In this document: piece after piece, positions 14,705 to 23,357 of the stretch
Numbering within the stretch: the first letter of the stretch is position 1
Layout: each line of letters begins with the position of its first letter
NCBI RefSeq assembly: GCF_000011805.1
Contig: NC_006840.2
Origin: Aliivibrio fischeri ES114
GTDB taxonomy: Bacteria > Pseudomonadota > Gammaproteobacteria > Enterobacterales > Vibrionaceae
Strand: one strand, 5' to 3'
DNA length: 32,000 nt
Translations under genes and position numbers: made by a program
Notes under the pieces: generated by a model
What the model saw: the letters and a program-made list of their open reading frames with translations, nothing else
Told to the model about the DNA's origin: nothing
Databases searched by the model: none

Positions 14705-17476
14705 ATGAAAAAGGTAAGTTTATTAGCAGCGTCAGTGGCACTAGCGTTAGTAGGTTGTGGCGGTTCTGATGGTGGTTCAGACACCAATACAGGTACACCT
14801 TCAGCTGGCGGTATTGTTATTACTGGTTTTGATGGCTACTTTAAGAATGCGGTTGTGTTTGATGACATGCCTGTAGCAACACGTACATCAACAGTTGGCA
14901 AACTAGATTCTAACGATACTATTTTTGGTTTAACTGATGGAAATGGTAAAATTACTCTTCCAAAAAATACTGAAATTAAAGGTACTCTGAGTTTACAAAC
15001 CATTACTCCTAATGGCGATGTACAAAAGATGCTGATCGCTCGTGATCCAAGTAAATTTGCTGGCATCTATACCATTGATATGGATCATCCAACTCAAGCA
15101 ATGGCACACGAAGTTTCTTTCCGTACTCTTTCTGGTGAGAAAATCATCTCTCCTTTAACAGACCTTGTAGCAGCCAAAGCAGGTACAAATCCAACACCAG
15201 CTCAAATCAAACAAGCTAAAAAAGAAGTAAATACAGCTCTTGGATTGGATGAAGAAAACACTGATGTATTTTCTGATGTCATTGCTGCTGGCGATCATGC
15301 TCTACACAAAACAGCACAAATCTTAACTGAATCAAAAGTAGAAGCTGGTAATAACTATACGCCAACAGCAGCTATCGCTATTGCCGAAAAAGCGACAGAA
15401 ATAGTAAAAGATCCTGAAAATGCAGATAAACTTGATCAACCTAACTTCAAACCAACGATTCCTGTAGACAATACAGGAACAGTCGGTGAAGTGATTATTA
15501 ATAATAAGTTAGTCGTTAGCAAAACTATTTATGACAACCTTATCAAACAAGTAAATAGCGCAGATAAATTTACTGATGTTACAGAAATTTCTCTAATCGA
15601 TTTACCTATCGCTGAACTATTTGTAGATGCTGATAATAAAAATGAAATTATCCCAGAAGTAAAAATCAGTACCGTAAATGGTAGCGATGTTACTGCAGAA
15701 TTTAACATTACTAAAACAGCGACAGAGTTAACTATTTCAGCAAAAAATATCACAACTGTACGTGATACTTATATTGTGACATTAAGCTCTACAGATATTG
15801 CTGTTAATGATAAAAACATGGGGGTAGTTAGTACGACTTTTAAAATCAAAGTTGATCTAGAAAATTCAGCACCAACATTAAACCTACAAGTTAAAAATAC
15901 ATTACAAGAGTGGTTAGGAAGTTTAGAACTACAACAAAATGTTGCTGTATTTGATGAAAAAATGCGTATCAGCGACTTATTTGAAGATGAAGACAAGTTA
16001 ACTTATAGCGTTTATAGCTCTGTTGCAGGTTTAGAGTTTGCACTTGCTCCTTTTAATGATGGCGGTACTGAACTTGAAATATTAGGTAAGCCAAATCATG
16101 CGTACCCAGCAGGTGAAACGATTACAATTTCTGCGACTGATGGTATTAATACTGTTTATGAAGAATTTACATTAGCTGCAATTGCAGAAGCCGGCATTAC
16201 GATTAATGAAATCAAATATGTGGCACTACAAGAAAAAATTACTGATATAACCTTGAAAAAAGGTACCCCTATAATAGAGGCTCAATTAAATATTACAGAA
16301 CTGTTCAATACTGAAAGCGTAAACGGCTTAGGTGCTATTGAATATTATGCAGGCTTAGAAGATAAAGCTCCTGGACCTAATGGTGAGAACCTTCATGAAG
16401 GTTTCACTACTGTAGATGGTGTTAACGTTAATGTTGATACTAATGGCACCCTTACTATTTATGGTGAACCAAACGAGATTATTAAAGGTGGTTACTTCTA
16501 CCTTATGGCAGGTGTAAATGGTGACACCTCAGACGAAATTTCATCTAAAATGGTGAAAATAACTTTATCTGATGTTCAACCTGCGGATGGTGGCGAAATA
16601 ATTCCACCAGAGACAAGCCTTAACCTACAAGATAAATATTTATATAAAATAGAAAGCGGCAATTTCAATGGCGTATCGGGTCTATTCTGTGACATTCGCT
16701 ATTATGATTCTTCTAATAAAAAGTTCTATATGAATATAAGAACAGAAATCAATAAAGAACTTTGTACTGTTGTGAACACAACTCTTTCACCAAGCAACCA
16801 ACCAGAATTATTTGAAGAAGTTGCTGAATATACACTTCAAAATGGAATTTTCACTTTTAGTTATAATGATGGTTCTGAGCAATTTACAACCACTCATTCA
16901 CCTTTACAATTTGATATAGGTTATGACTCTCAAGTATCACCATTTAGCCACTATGTTGTTAGAGCTAATGAGGTTGGGATCGATAATGATGGTGAATATG
17001 AAAGTGCTGAACTTTACTCTCTATATCTTGGAGCAGAGGCCGTTGAGGAGGTTATTGCAGTAAAAACTACCCATCAAAGCGGCAACGACCATACAACTGA
17101 ACCATCAAACTTCAGAAATCAAATGATACATTACACAGATAACAATGAAGTGTCTGAATTCAAAGTCGAAGCTCAAATGCGATCTTTGGATTTCTGTGAT
17201 GGAACGTTAGAAGGCTCAATGTGCGAACAAGGTTTGGCTGATGCTGACCTTATTATCAAAGATATGAGCTGTTCTGAATTTCAAAAAGCCTACAACACTC
17301 CATATGTGAACGGTGAATACTTCATTAATGAAGGTTATATTGAAAACGGTATTAATAAGTGTGGCATCGATTTTTATAGTGAGAGTGCTATTACATCAGG
17401 ATTTTATACTTTCCGAGCTTCACCTAAAAATGAAAATACTCATGAAGAAATTAACTTCAGTTTCAAAAAAGACTAA
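14705..17476 (+). CDS. large surface lipoprotein with three cadherin-like/Ig-like repeats
   Basis: 923 aa. Lipobox LALVG|C (Cys18) followed by a Gly/Ser/Asp linker. About aa 296-622 holds three tandem ~100-aa modules with the cadherin-like pattern (e.g. DLFEDEDKLTYSV...ELEILGKPN...GETITISATDG). The C-terminal ~300 aa are Cys-containing and unassigned. Confidence 0.8.
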   Translation: MKKVSLLAASVALALVGCGGSDGGSDTNTGTPSAGGIVITGFDGYFKNAVVFDDMPVATRTSTVGKLDSNDTIFGLTDGNGKITLPKNTEIKGTLSLQTITPNGDVQKMLIARDPSKFAGIYTIDMDHPTQAMAHEVSFRTLSGEKIISPLTDLVAAKAGTNPTPAQIKQAKKEVNTALGLDEENTDVFSDVIAAGDHALHKTAQILTESKVEAGNNYTPTAAIAIAEKATEIVKDPENADKLDQPNFKPTIPVDNTGTVGEVIINNKLVVSKTIYDNLIKQVNSADKFTDVTEISLIDLPIAELFVDADNKNEIIPEVKISTVNGSDVTAEFNITKTATELTISAKNITTVRDTYIVTLSSTDIAVNDKNMGVVSTTFKIKVDLENSAPTLNLQVKNTLQEWLGSLELQQNVAVFDEKMRISDLFEDEDKLTYSVYSSVAGLEFALAPFNDGGTELEILGKPNHAYPAGETITISATDGINTVYEEFTLAAIAEAGITINEIKYVALQEKITDITLKKGTPIIEAQLNITELFNTESVNGLGAIEYYAGLEDKAPGPNGENLHEGFTTVDGVNVNVDTNGTLTIYGEPNEIIKGGYFYLMAGVNGDTSDEISSKMVKITLSDVQPADGGEIIPPETSLNLQDKYLYKIESGNFNGVSGLFCDIRYYDSSNKKFYMNIRTEINKELCTVVNTTLSPSNQPELFEEVAEYTLQNGIFTFSYNDGSEQFTTTHSPLQFDIGYDSQVSPFSHYVVRANEVGIDNDGEYESAELYSLYLGAEAVEEVIAVKTTHQSGNDHTTEPSNFRNQMIHYTDNNEVSEFKVEAQMRSLDFCDGTLEGSMCEQGLADADLIIKDMSCSEFQKAYNTPYVNGEYFINEGYIENGINKCGIDFYSESAITSGFYTFRASPKNENTHEEINFSFKKD

Positions 17477-17491
17477 ATGTGATTAACTAAC

Positions 17492-17525
17492 AAAAAACCC
17501 CGGTACTCGCCGGGGTTTATTTTAT
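17492..17525 (+). terminator. rho-independent terminator after the lipoprotein gene
   Basis: AAAAAA-CCCCGG (17498-17503), loop TACTCG, CCGGGG (17510-17515), then TTTATTTTA. Confidence 0.85.
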
Positions 17526-17585
17526 CTCTCCCCACCGCCACTTCCATTTAAAACCTTACTCACATCACAAAAAACTCACCTCAAA

Positions 17586-17738
17586 TTTCCATTTCCACTT
17601 TTATTTCCACATTAGGTAAATTTGTAACTTCATAATAAGTAAGGAAATAGAAAAAAAAGTATGATCTATATCTCCTCAAGTATTCCAATTTCCACTTCAA
17701 AGTGGAAAAACTATCTCTGTTCACTTTTTCTTTCCACT
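17586..17738. promoter_or_regulatory. array of TTTCCAC(T) motifs, including a perfect inverted repeat; candidate operator/activator sites for the downstream operon
   Basis: TTTCCA 17586-17591. TTTCCAC 17592-17598 and 17604-17610. Inverted repeat TTTCCACT (17689-17696) tcaa AGTGGAAA (17701-17708). TTTCCACT 17731-17738. All lie within 210 bp upstream of the first operon gene. Confidence 0.55.
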
Positions 17739-17796
17739 TATATTCTTTCATCATCAAGTTAGGTATTAAAAATATTATTTAGAGGAAATAAAAAAC

Positions 17797-18144
17797 GTGA
17801 ATAGTAATACTCTAGAAATAAATGAAGAGTTATTCACTGATGAAGTAGATTCAACGTTCAATAAAGTTATCGATATTTTACGAGCTGAGAATATATTTCC
17901 AGACAGTGTTCAAAAACAAATGCTTTATTCTCATTTAAAAGCAATGGTAATTCGTTCTCATACTAATGAACCATTACCAGAAGTTGAAATTGAAATGTTT
18001 GATGAAATATCTAAGTCATCACACAAATTAGCTGAAGATGTCGTGAAATGGTTTCCGGCATTAGCATACGAAGAAACATATTTATTATCTGTTCACTTTG
18101 AAGTGGCAAAAGAAAACGAATTAACTGAAGAATTAGGAGCTTAA
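17797..18144 (+). CDS. stand-alone PRD-domain protein
   Basis: 115 aa, GTG start with a GAGGA RBS. Helical with several His (SHLKAMVIRSH, SSHK, SVHFE). Matches the small PRD domain-containing protein that heads SFCGS/DUF4310-4312 clusters (recognised from memory of annotation patterns). Confidence 0.65.
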   Translation: MNSNTLEINEELFTDEVDSTFNKVIDILRAENIFPDSVQKQMLYSHLKAMVIRSHTNEPLPEVEIEMFDEISKSSHKLAEDVVKWFPALAYEETYLLSVHFEVAKENELTEELGA

Positions 18145-18145
18145 T

Positions 18146-18508
18146 ATGGCTGATGTAAAAGTAGTTATCGGTGACCGTCTAGGTAAAGGACAAAAAGTAG
18201 GTATGGGTGTTGAAGCTGCAGGTGGTTCTGTAACAGTAATCCCAGGCATGGCAGCAGATATGAAGCTTGGTGATATCATGAAACAAGAAGAAGCTGACTT
18301 CGGTATCTCTTTTTGTGGCAGTGGCGGTGCTGGTGCTATCACGGCTCAAAATAAATACGGTTACAAAGCAAAATATGGTATGCGCTCTGTAGAAGAAGGC
18401 GTTACTGCAATTAATGAAGGTTACAACGTTCTTGGGTTTGGTTTTATGGACCAGGAAGAACTAGGTAAAAAATTAGTTGAAGCCTTCGTTAAAAAATACA
18501 GAAGTTAA
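18146..18508 (+). CDS. glycine-rich SFCGS-family protein
   Basis: 120 aa. Contains the eponymous motif GISFCGSGGAGAITA (Cys57, nt 18314-18316). The ATG is 1 nt after the upstream stop, and the GGAG RBS sits inside the upstream gene. Confidence 0.85.
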   Translation: MADVKVVIGDRLGKGQKVGMGVEAAGGSVTVIPGMAADMKLGDIMKQEEADFGISFCGSGGAGAITAQNKYGYKAKYGMRSVEEGVTAINEGYNVLGFGFMDQEELGKKLVEAFVKKYRS

Positions 18509-18514
18509 TTATTT

Positions 18515-18811
18515 ATGAAAGAATCTATTACAACAACCGTAACGGTCAGTGGTAATGGAAATACAAAACAATCAGCTTTCAGCTCTGCATTAAGTAATAT
18601 TCAAAAAACCATTTTAAAAGATAACGAACAAGTTATTTTACGAATTGAACCTGTTGATGTGAAATTAATTAATGCAGAGAAAAAAGAAAGAATTGAAAAG
18701 TTTATGTTTTTCTTTTTACCAAGAAATAAAACAACCTACTCAGTCACGATTGATGTCACTGTTAATGTCACAGTAATTAATATTGACCAATTAGATTTTA
18801 AATCAATATAA
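18515..18811 (+). CDS. DUF4312-family small soluble protein
   Basis: 98 aa, beta-rich (TTTVTVSG..., YSVTIDVTVNVTVINI), with no His or Cys. Its position after the SFCGS gene is as in conserved clusters. Confidence 0.7.
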   Translation: MKESITTTVTVSGNGNTKQSAFSSALSNIQKTILKDNEQVILRIEPVDVKLINAEKKERIEKFMFFFLPRNKTTYSVTIDVTVNVTVINIDQLDFKSI

Positions 18812-18867
18812 ACACCTATTTATTTAATTAGCACTTAATTAAATATACTAACGGAAGGTATATATAG

Positions 18868-19644
18868 ATGTTCTTAATAATATTAATAAAGTCCCTCATT
18901 ATTGGGGCTTTAGTTGGCGTCGGCGTTGGTGTCGGTGCAGCTCGAATGTTCCATGCTCCAACAGTTCAAGGGATGGGTGCATTCCGTACTCTTGGAGAGC
19001 TTAATTCTTGTGAAGGTGACCCTGCTTCTCACTTCTCTTTTGGTCTTGGTTTCTTCTTTAACGCATGGGCATCATCTGTTGCTGCTGGTGCCTTCACTCA
19101 AGACGTTGATCACCGCATCATTCCTAACTGGGGTGCCGCTGCTCTAATGGTTAAAAACCGTGATGTAGCAACAACCATGCACGACCCGAAAAAAATGGGT
19201 ATTGCTTGTGGCATCATCGGCATGATCGTTGTTGCTTTCTTAAATACAACAGCATCAGCCGTACCAGAAAGCCTACAAATCACAGCCGTTAAAGTACTTG
19301 TTCCTGCAGCTAACCTTCTTGTAAACATCGCGATGCCGGTTATTTTCTGGCTTGCAGCTATTGATGCGGGCCGTCGTTCAGGTTTTTGGGCAACTATCTT
19401 TGGTGGTCTTGCTCATATGATCATGGGTAACGCCGTTCCAGGTCTTGTTCTAGGTATCTTAATTGGTAAAGGTGTTGAAGATGGTGGCTGGAACCGTGTA
19501 ACAAAAACGATGTTAACTGCGGTAATTGCACTGTTTGTTCTAAGTGCCTTCTTCCGTGGATTTGACCTTGAGCTTCTAGAATCTTTCCGACTCACTATCC
19601 CTACATGGTTAGAGAGTGTTCATACAAGCATTAGCGGCAAATAG
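18868..19644 (+). CDS. DUF4311-family polytopic membrane protein
   Basis: 258 aa, Gly/Ala-rich with multiple TM segments (LIIGALVGVGVGVGAA, GIIGMIVVAFL, VIFWLAAIDAG, VPGLVLGILIG, LTAVIALFVLSAFF). GGAAGG RBS. Confidence 0.75.
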   Translation: MFLIILIKSLIIGALVGVGVGVGAARMFHAPTVQGMGAFRTLGELNSCEGDPASHFSFGLGFFFNAWASSVAAGAFTQDVDHRIIPNWGAAALMVKNRDVATTMHDPKKMGIACGIIGMIVVAFLNTTASAVPESLQITAVKVLVPAANLLVNIAMPVIFWLAAIDAGRRSGFWATIFGGLAHMIMGNAVPGLVLGILIGKGVEDGGWNRVTKTMLTAVIALFVLSAFFRGFDLELLESFRLTIPTWLESVHTSISGK

Positions 19645-19662
19645 TAAGTCTGGAGTTTTAAA

Positions 19663-20313
19663 ATGGATGACAAATTAAAGAATAACTTTTGGTACGCAGA
19701 TTGGTCTTTTCCATTCTTCGTAGGTCTGCTTTCTTCAGGCGTATTTGCTGGTACTCACATGTATTACCTATATGGCATCGGCGCATTTAACGAAGTTGCT
19801 TTCGTTTCAATGTTACGAGCAGGTATGGATACAGGTGTTTATGGTGCGGTTGCTGCCTTTGGTGCGAGTTTCTTATTCGCTCGAATCATTGAAGGTTCAC
19901 TAGTTGGTATCTTGGACATCGGTGGTGCAATTCAAACCGGTATTGGACTGGGTGTTCCGGCTCTACTTCTTGGTGCTGGTATTGTTTACCCACTAGAAAA
20001 CTTTGTTGCCTCATTAATTGTTGGTTTCTTCTTAGGCGTGGCAATTGGTTACATCATCATTATTGCTCGTAAATATACCGTTGGCCAAAGTAACTCTACC
20101 TACGGTGCTGACGTCATGATGGGGGCTGGTAACTCATCAGGTCGCTTCTTAGGTCCTTTGATTGTTCTATCTGCAATTGGTGCTTCAATTCCAATTGGTA
20201 TCGGTTCATTAATTGGTGCTCTAGCATTTTATCAATGGCAAAAGCCAATCACTGGTGGCGCAATTTTAGGTGCAATGATTTTCGGTTCACTATTCCCAGT
20301 AGCCATCGGCTAA
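19663..20313 (+). CDS. DUF4310-family polytopic membrane protein
   Basis: 216 aa with multiple TM segments (FPFFVGLLSSGVFAG, GAVAAFGASFLFA, GLGVPALLLGAGIV, LIVGFFLGVAIGYIIII, LIVLSAIGASIPIGIGSLIGALAF). GGAG RBS. Confidence 0.75.
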   Translation: MDDKLKNNFWYADWSFPFFVGLLSSGVFAGTHMYYLYGIGAFNEVAFVSMLRAGMDTGVYGAVAAFGASFLFARIIEGSLVGILDIGGAIQTGIGLGVPALLLGAGIVYPLENFVASLIVGFFLGVAIGYIIIIARKYTVGQSNSTYGADVMMGAGNSSGRFLGPLIVLSAIGASIPIGIGSLIGALAFYQWQKPITGGAILGAMIFGSLFPVAIG

Positions 20314-20370
20314 CCCATCTTGGTAATGCTCTTCAACCAAGAAGAGCATTACATAACACAGGTAAGAATT

Positions 20371-21507
20371 ATGTATGACTTACTCATTAAAAATGGAAAA
20401 TTAGCTAACGGTCACTTTGTCGACATTGCTATTCAAGCGGGAAAAATTGCCAAAATTAGTACCAATATTATCGAAAGCGCTGAAAAAGAAATCGATTTAA
20501 AAGGGCTTCATTACATTAGTGCTGGTTGGATAGATTCTCATACTCACTGTTACTCCGCTTCTCCTATATACAACGATGAGCCTGATTTAATTGGTGTTAC
20601 TCATGGTGTAACCACCGTTGTAGATGCAGGTAGTGTCGGTGCTGATGATATTGATGATTTTTATCAACTAACTCAAAAAAGCTCAACTAACGTATACAGC
20701 ATTCTTAATATTTCTCGAATTGGTTTATTACGACAAGATGAGCTTGCTGATATGAGTGATATTGATTTAGATATCGCCAAAGAAACCATCAACAAACATT
20801 CCGATTTTGTGGTTGGCATTAAAGCGCGAATGAGCGGCAGTGTTGTCAAAGAAAACGGATTAAAACCTTTGGTTAAAGCCAAAGAGATGCAAGCTCAAAA
20901 TAACCACCTACCTTTAATGGTACACGTTGGAAATAATCCACCTAATTTAGATGATATTGCTGAATTACTAACAAAAGGCGACATCATTACACACTGTTAT
21001 AACGGCAAACCAAATCGCATTTTAACTCCAGAAGGTGAGCTAAAAGAATCGATGAAAAAAGCCATTAAACGCGGCGTTATTTTAGATGTTGGTCATGGCG
21101 GTGCAAGTTTCAGTTTTGATGTTGCTGAACAAGCGATTAAAAAGGGAATTTACCCTGACACGATAAGTTCTGATATCTACTGTAAAAACCGAATTGCAGG
21201 ACCTGTACGTAGCCTAGCTCATATCATGTCCAAGTTTTTAACCATTGGTTTATCTCTTGAGCAAGTAATCAACTGTGTAACGATAAATGCTGCAAATGCA
21301 CTACAAATGGACGCAAAAGGTCAATTAGAAGTGGGTAAAGACGCCGATCTAACCATTTTCAATATCCATCATGAACCATGTACTTTTGTCGATTCTGAAC
21401 AAGGAAATCGTCAAGGTAACGAATCATTTTTACCTTTGGCAAGCATTGTTGCTGGCCAAGTTATCACGACACAACACGGAGAAAAAACTGATGTCTTCAA
21501 TTCATGA
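20371..21507 (+). CDS. amidohydrolase/deacetylase-family metallohydrolase
   Basis: The ORF is open from a TTG at 20320. I prefer the ATG at 20371 (MYDLLIKNGKL..., a typical amidohydrolase N-terminus). Metal-binding GWIDSHTHC, later HVG and HCYNG His residues, and the DVGHG motif. Confidence 0.8.
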   Translation: MYDLLIKNGKLANGHFVDIAIQAGKIAKISTNIIESAEKEIDLKGLHYISAGWIDSHTHCYSASPIYNDEPDLIGVTHGVTTVVDAGSVGADDIDDFYQLTQKSSTNVYSILNISRIGLLRQDELADMSDIDLDIAKETINKHSDFVVGIKARMSGSVVKENGLKPLVKAKEMQAQNNHLPLMVHVGNNPPNLDDIAELLTKGDIITHCYNGKPNRILTPEGELKESMKKAIKRGVILDVGHGGASFSFDVAEQAIKKGIYPDTISSDIYCKNRIAGPVRSLAHIMSKFLTIGLSLEQVINCVTINAANALQMDAKGQLEVGKDADLTIFNIHHEPCTFVDSEQGNRQGNESFLPLASIVAGQVITTQHGEKTDVFNS

Positions 21508-22594
21508 GAAGTATGGTCTAACTGAAGTAATTAATGCATCTGGCCGCATGACTGCATTAGGGGTTTCAACGCCAAATGAAGACGTTGTAAATGCAGTAAA
21601 AGAAGGGCTTGGGCAATATTTTGATATGAAAGATCTCGTTATCAAAACCGGTGAATATATTGCTAACCTTCTTAATGTCGATGCTGCGGTTGTTGTGTCT
21701 TGTGCTTCTGCTGGTATCGCTCAGTCTGTGGCTGCGGTTATTGTTAGAGACAGTCAATACCGCTTAGAAAACCTGCACGCTCACTCTCACGATGTTCCAT
21801 CAGAAATTGTACTGCCAAAAGGTCATAACGTTAATTTCGGTGCTCCTGTTGGCACAATGGTAACTCTCGGTGGAGGAACAATTAAAGAAGCTGGATACGC
21901 GAATGAATGTTCAGCGGAACAACTTGAAGCAGCTATCACTAAAAATACTGCAGCGATTTTGTACATCAAATCTCACCACTGTGTTCAAAAAAGTATTTTA
22001 AACGTAGAGCAAGCGGCAACTGTAGCTCAAAAACATGGCCTACCATTAATTGTTGATGCCGCAGCAGAAGAAGATTTAAAAAGCTACTTTGCTATGGGCG
22101 CGGATCTCGTTATCTACAGTGGAGCGAAAGCCATTGAAGGGCCGACAAGCGGGTTAGTTGTCGGTAAAACTCAATATGTAGATTGGGTTCGAAAACAATC
22201 TCAAGGCATTGGCCGAGCAATGAAAGTCGGCAAAGAAGGTATCTTAGGTTTAACTCACGCTATCACTGATTACTTAACTGTTGAAAAAGAATCAGGCCAA
22301 GAAATGGTTGCGAAGATGGAAAAATTCATCGCTGATATGAACACCATTCATGGCGTAACGTCACGAGTAGTGTGGGACAGTGCAGGACGCGATATTGCAA
22401 GAGCTGAGATTGCTTTTGATCATGAAACTCTAGGTACAACAACTAATAATATCGTTAAGCAATTAAATAACGGTAATCCAGCAATTTACTGCCGTGGCTA
22501 CAAAGCTAATGAAGGCATTATTGAGATTGATGTTCGCAGTGTTAACACCACTCAATTAAACACTATTTTCGAAAAAATTAACGCATTATTTTAA
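21491..22594 (+). CDS. DgaE-family (SelA-like fold) PLP-dependent ammonia-lyase
   Basis: The ORF track starts at 21371 inside the upstream gene. I prefer the ATG at 21491 (GGAG RBS 9 nt upstream), which overlaps the amidohydrolase stop by 17 nt. N-terminus MSSIHEKYGLTEVINASGRMTALGVS. PLP-lysine motif YSGAKAIEGPTSG, compare SelA SGDKLLGGPQAG. Confidence 0.75.
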   Translation: MSSIHEKYGLTEVINASGRMTALGVSTPNEDVVNAVKEGLGQYFDMKDLVIKTGEYIANLLNVDAAVVVSCASAGIAQSVAAVIVRDSQYRLENLHAHSHDVPSEIVLPKGHNVNFGAPVGTMVTLGGGTIKEAGYANECSAEQLEAAITKNTAAILYIKSHHCVQKSILNVEQAATVAQKHGLPLIVDAAAEEDLKSYFAMGADLVIYSGAKAIEGPTSGLVVGKTQYVDWVRKQSQGIGRAMKVGKEGILGLTHAITDYLTVEKESGQEMVAKMEKFIADMNTIHGVTSRVVWDSAGRDIARAEIAFDHETLGTTTNNIVKQLNNGNPAIYCRGYKANEGIIEIDVRSVNTTQLNTIFEKINALF

Positions 22595-22606
22595 GAGAGA
22601 TATTCC

Positions 22607-23347
22607 ATGAGTTTAAAAGCTAACTTCTATAAAAACCGTGTATGCCTAAACGTATTAGCAGGCTCTGTTGATAATGCGGCTGATATTTATGACGCAGCAG
22701 AAGGCCATGTCCTTGTTGGCGTTTTATCTAAAAATTACCCAGATGTTGATACTGCAGTGGAAGATATGAAGAAATACAGCGAAGTAACAAACAATGCTGT
22801 ATCTGTTGGTTTAGGTGCTGGAGATCCAAATCAATCAATGATGGTTTCGCTTATTTCACAACACGTACAACCACAGCACATTAACCAAGTATTTACTGGT
22901 GTAGCGACAAGCCGAGCTTTAGCTGGACAGGATAAAAGTATCGTAAATGGCCTTATTTCACCAACTGGCACTGTTGGAATGGTGAAAATATCAACAGGTC
23001 CGTTAAGCTCTCGCTCTGAAGACGCTATTGTTCCAGTAGAAACAGCAATTGCCATGCTAAAAGACATGGGAGGTAGCTCTGTAAAATACTTCCCGATGGG
23101 CGGTTTAGAAACACGTGAAGAATTCGCTTGTGTTGCAAAAGCGTGTGCTGATAAAGATTTCTGGTTAGAGCCGACAGGCGGGATTGACCTTGAAAACTAT
23201 GAAGAAATTATGCAAATCGCATTAGATGCTGGTGTAAGCAAAATCATTCCTCATATCTACAGCTCTATCATAGATAAAGCGACAGGAAATACTCGCCCTG
23301 AAGATGTAAAAACACTGTTGGACATGACAAAAAAACTACTTAACTAA
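22607..23347 (+). CDS. KDGP-aldolase-family protein (2-dehydro-3-deoxy-phosphogluconate aldolase-like)
   Basis: 246 aa. N-terminus FYKNRVCLNVLAGSVDNA, VSVGLGAGDP, KYFPMGGL, LEPTGGIDL: the TIM-barrel aldolase pattern I associate with the KDGP_aldolase family that partners DgaE-like genes. Confidence 0.7.
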   Translation: MSLKANFYKNRVCLNVLAGSVDNAADIYDAAEGHVLVGVLSKNYPDVDTAVEDMKKYSEVTNNAVSVGLGAGDPNQSMMVSLISQHVQPQHINQVFTGVATSRALAGQDKSIVNGLISPTGTVGMVKISTGPLSSRSEDAIVPVETAIAMLKDMGGSSVKYFPMGGLETREEFACVAKACADKDFWLEPTGGIDLENYEEIMQIALDAGVSKIIPHIYSSIIDKATGNTRPEDVKTLLDMTKKLLN

Positions 23348-23357
23348 GTTTGCTCCC

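Noticed and set aside
14569-14787. 72-aa minus-strand ORF across the barrel/lipoprotein intergenic region.
   Set aside because: It overlaps the lipoprotein signal-peptide coding region on the opposite strand, and it lacks an RBS.
17474-17489. CRP-like half-site TGTGA-ttaact-AACAA next to the lipoprotein stop codon.
   Set aside because: Only the left half matches the TGTGA-N6-TCACA consensus, and the location at a gene's 3' end is not promoter-like.
17541-17740. Whether the TTTCCAC repeat array could be a CRISPR array or a mobile-element terminal repeat.
   Set aside because: The repeats are only 7-8 bp, irregularly spaced and in both orientations. There are no cas, transposase or integrase genes nearby. 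A transcription-factor binding array is the simpler reading.
18812-18867. AT-only inverted repeat ATTTAATTA...TAATTAAAT between the DUF4312 and DUF4311 genes.
   Set aside because: It consists entirely of A/T pairs, so it would be thermodynamically weak. It is most likely just AT-rich spacer sequence.
20320-20370. TTG-initiated 17-codon extension of the amidohydrolase ORF.
   Set aside because: The ATG at 20371 yields the typical MYDLLIKNGKL amidohydrolase N-terminus. The TTG start cannot be excluded without proteomic or conservation data.
21371-21490. N-terminal 40-codon extension of the DgaE-like ORF, as drawn in the ORF track.
   Set aside because: The extension lies wholly inside the amidohydrolase gene in another frame and reads as non-protein-like sequence. 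The ATG at 21491 has a GGAG RBS and gives the expected family N-terminus.
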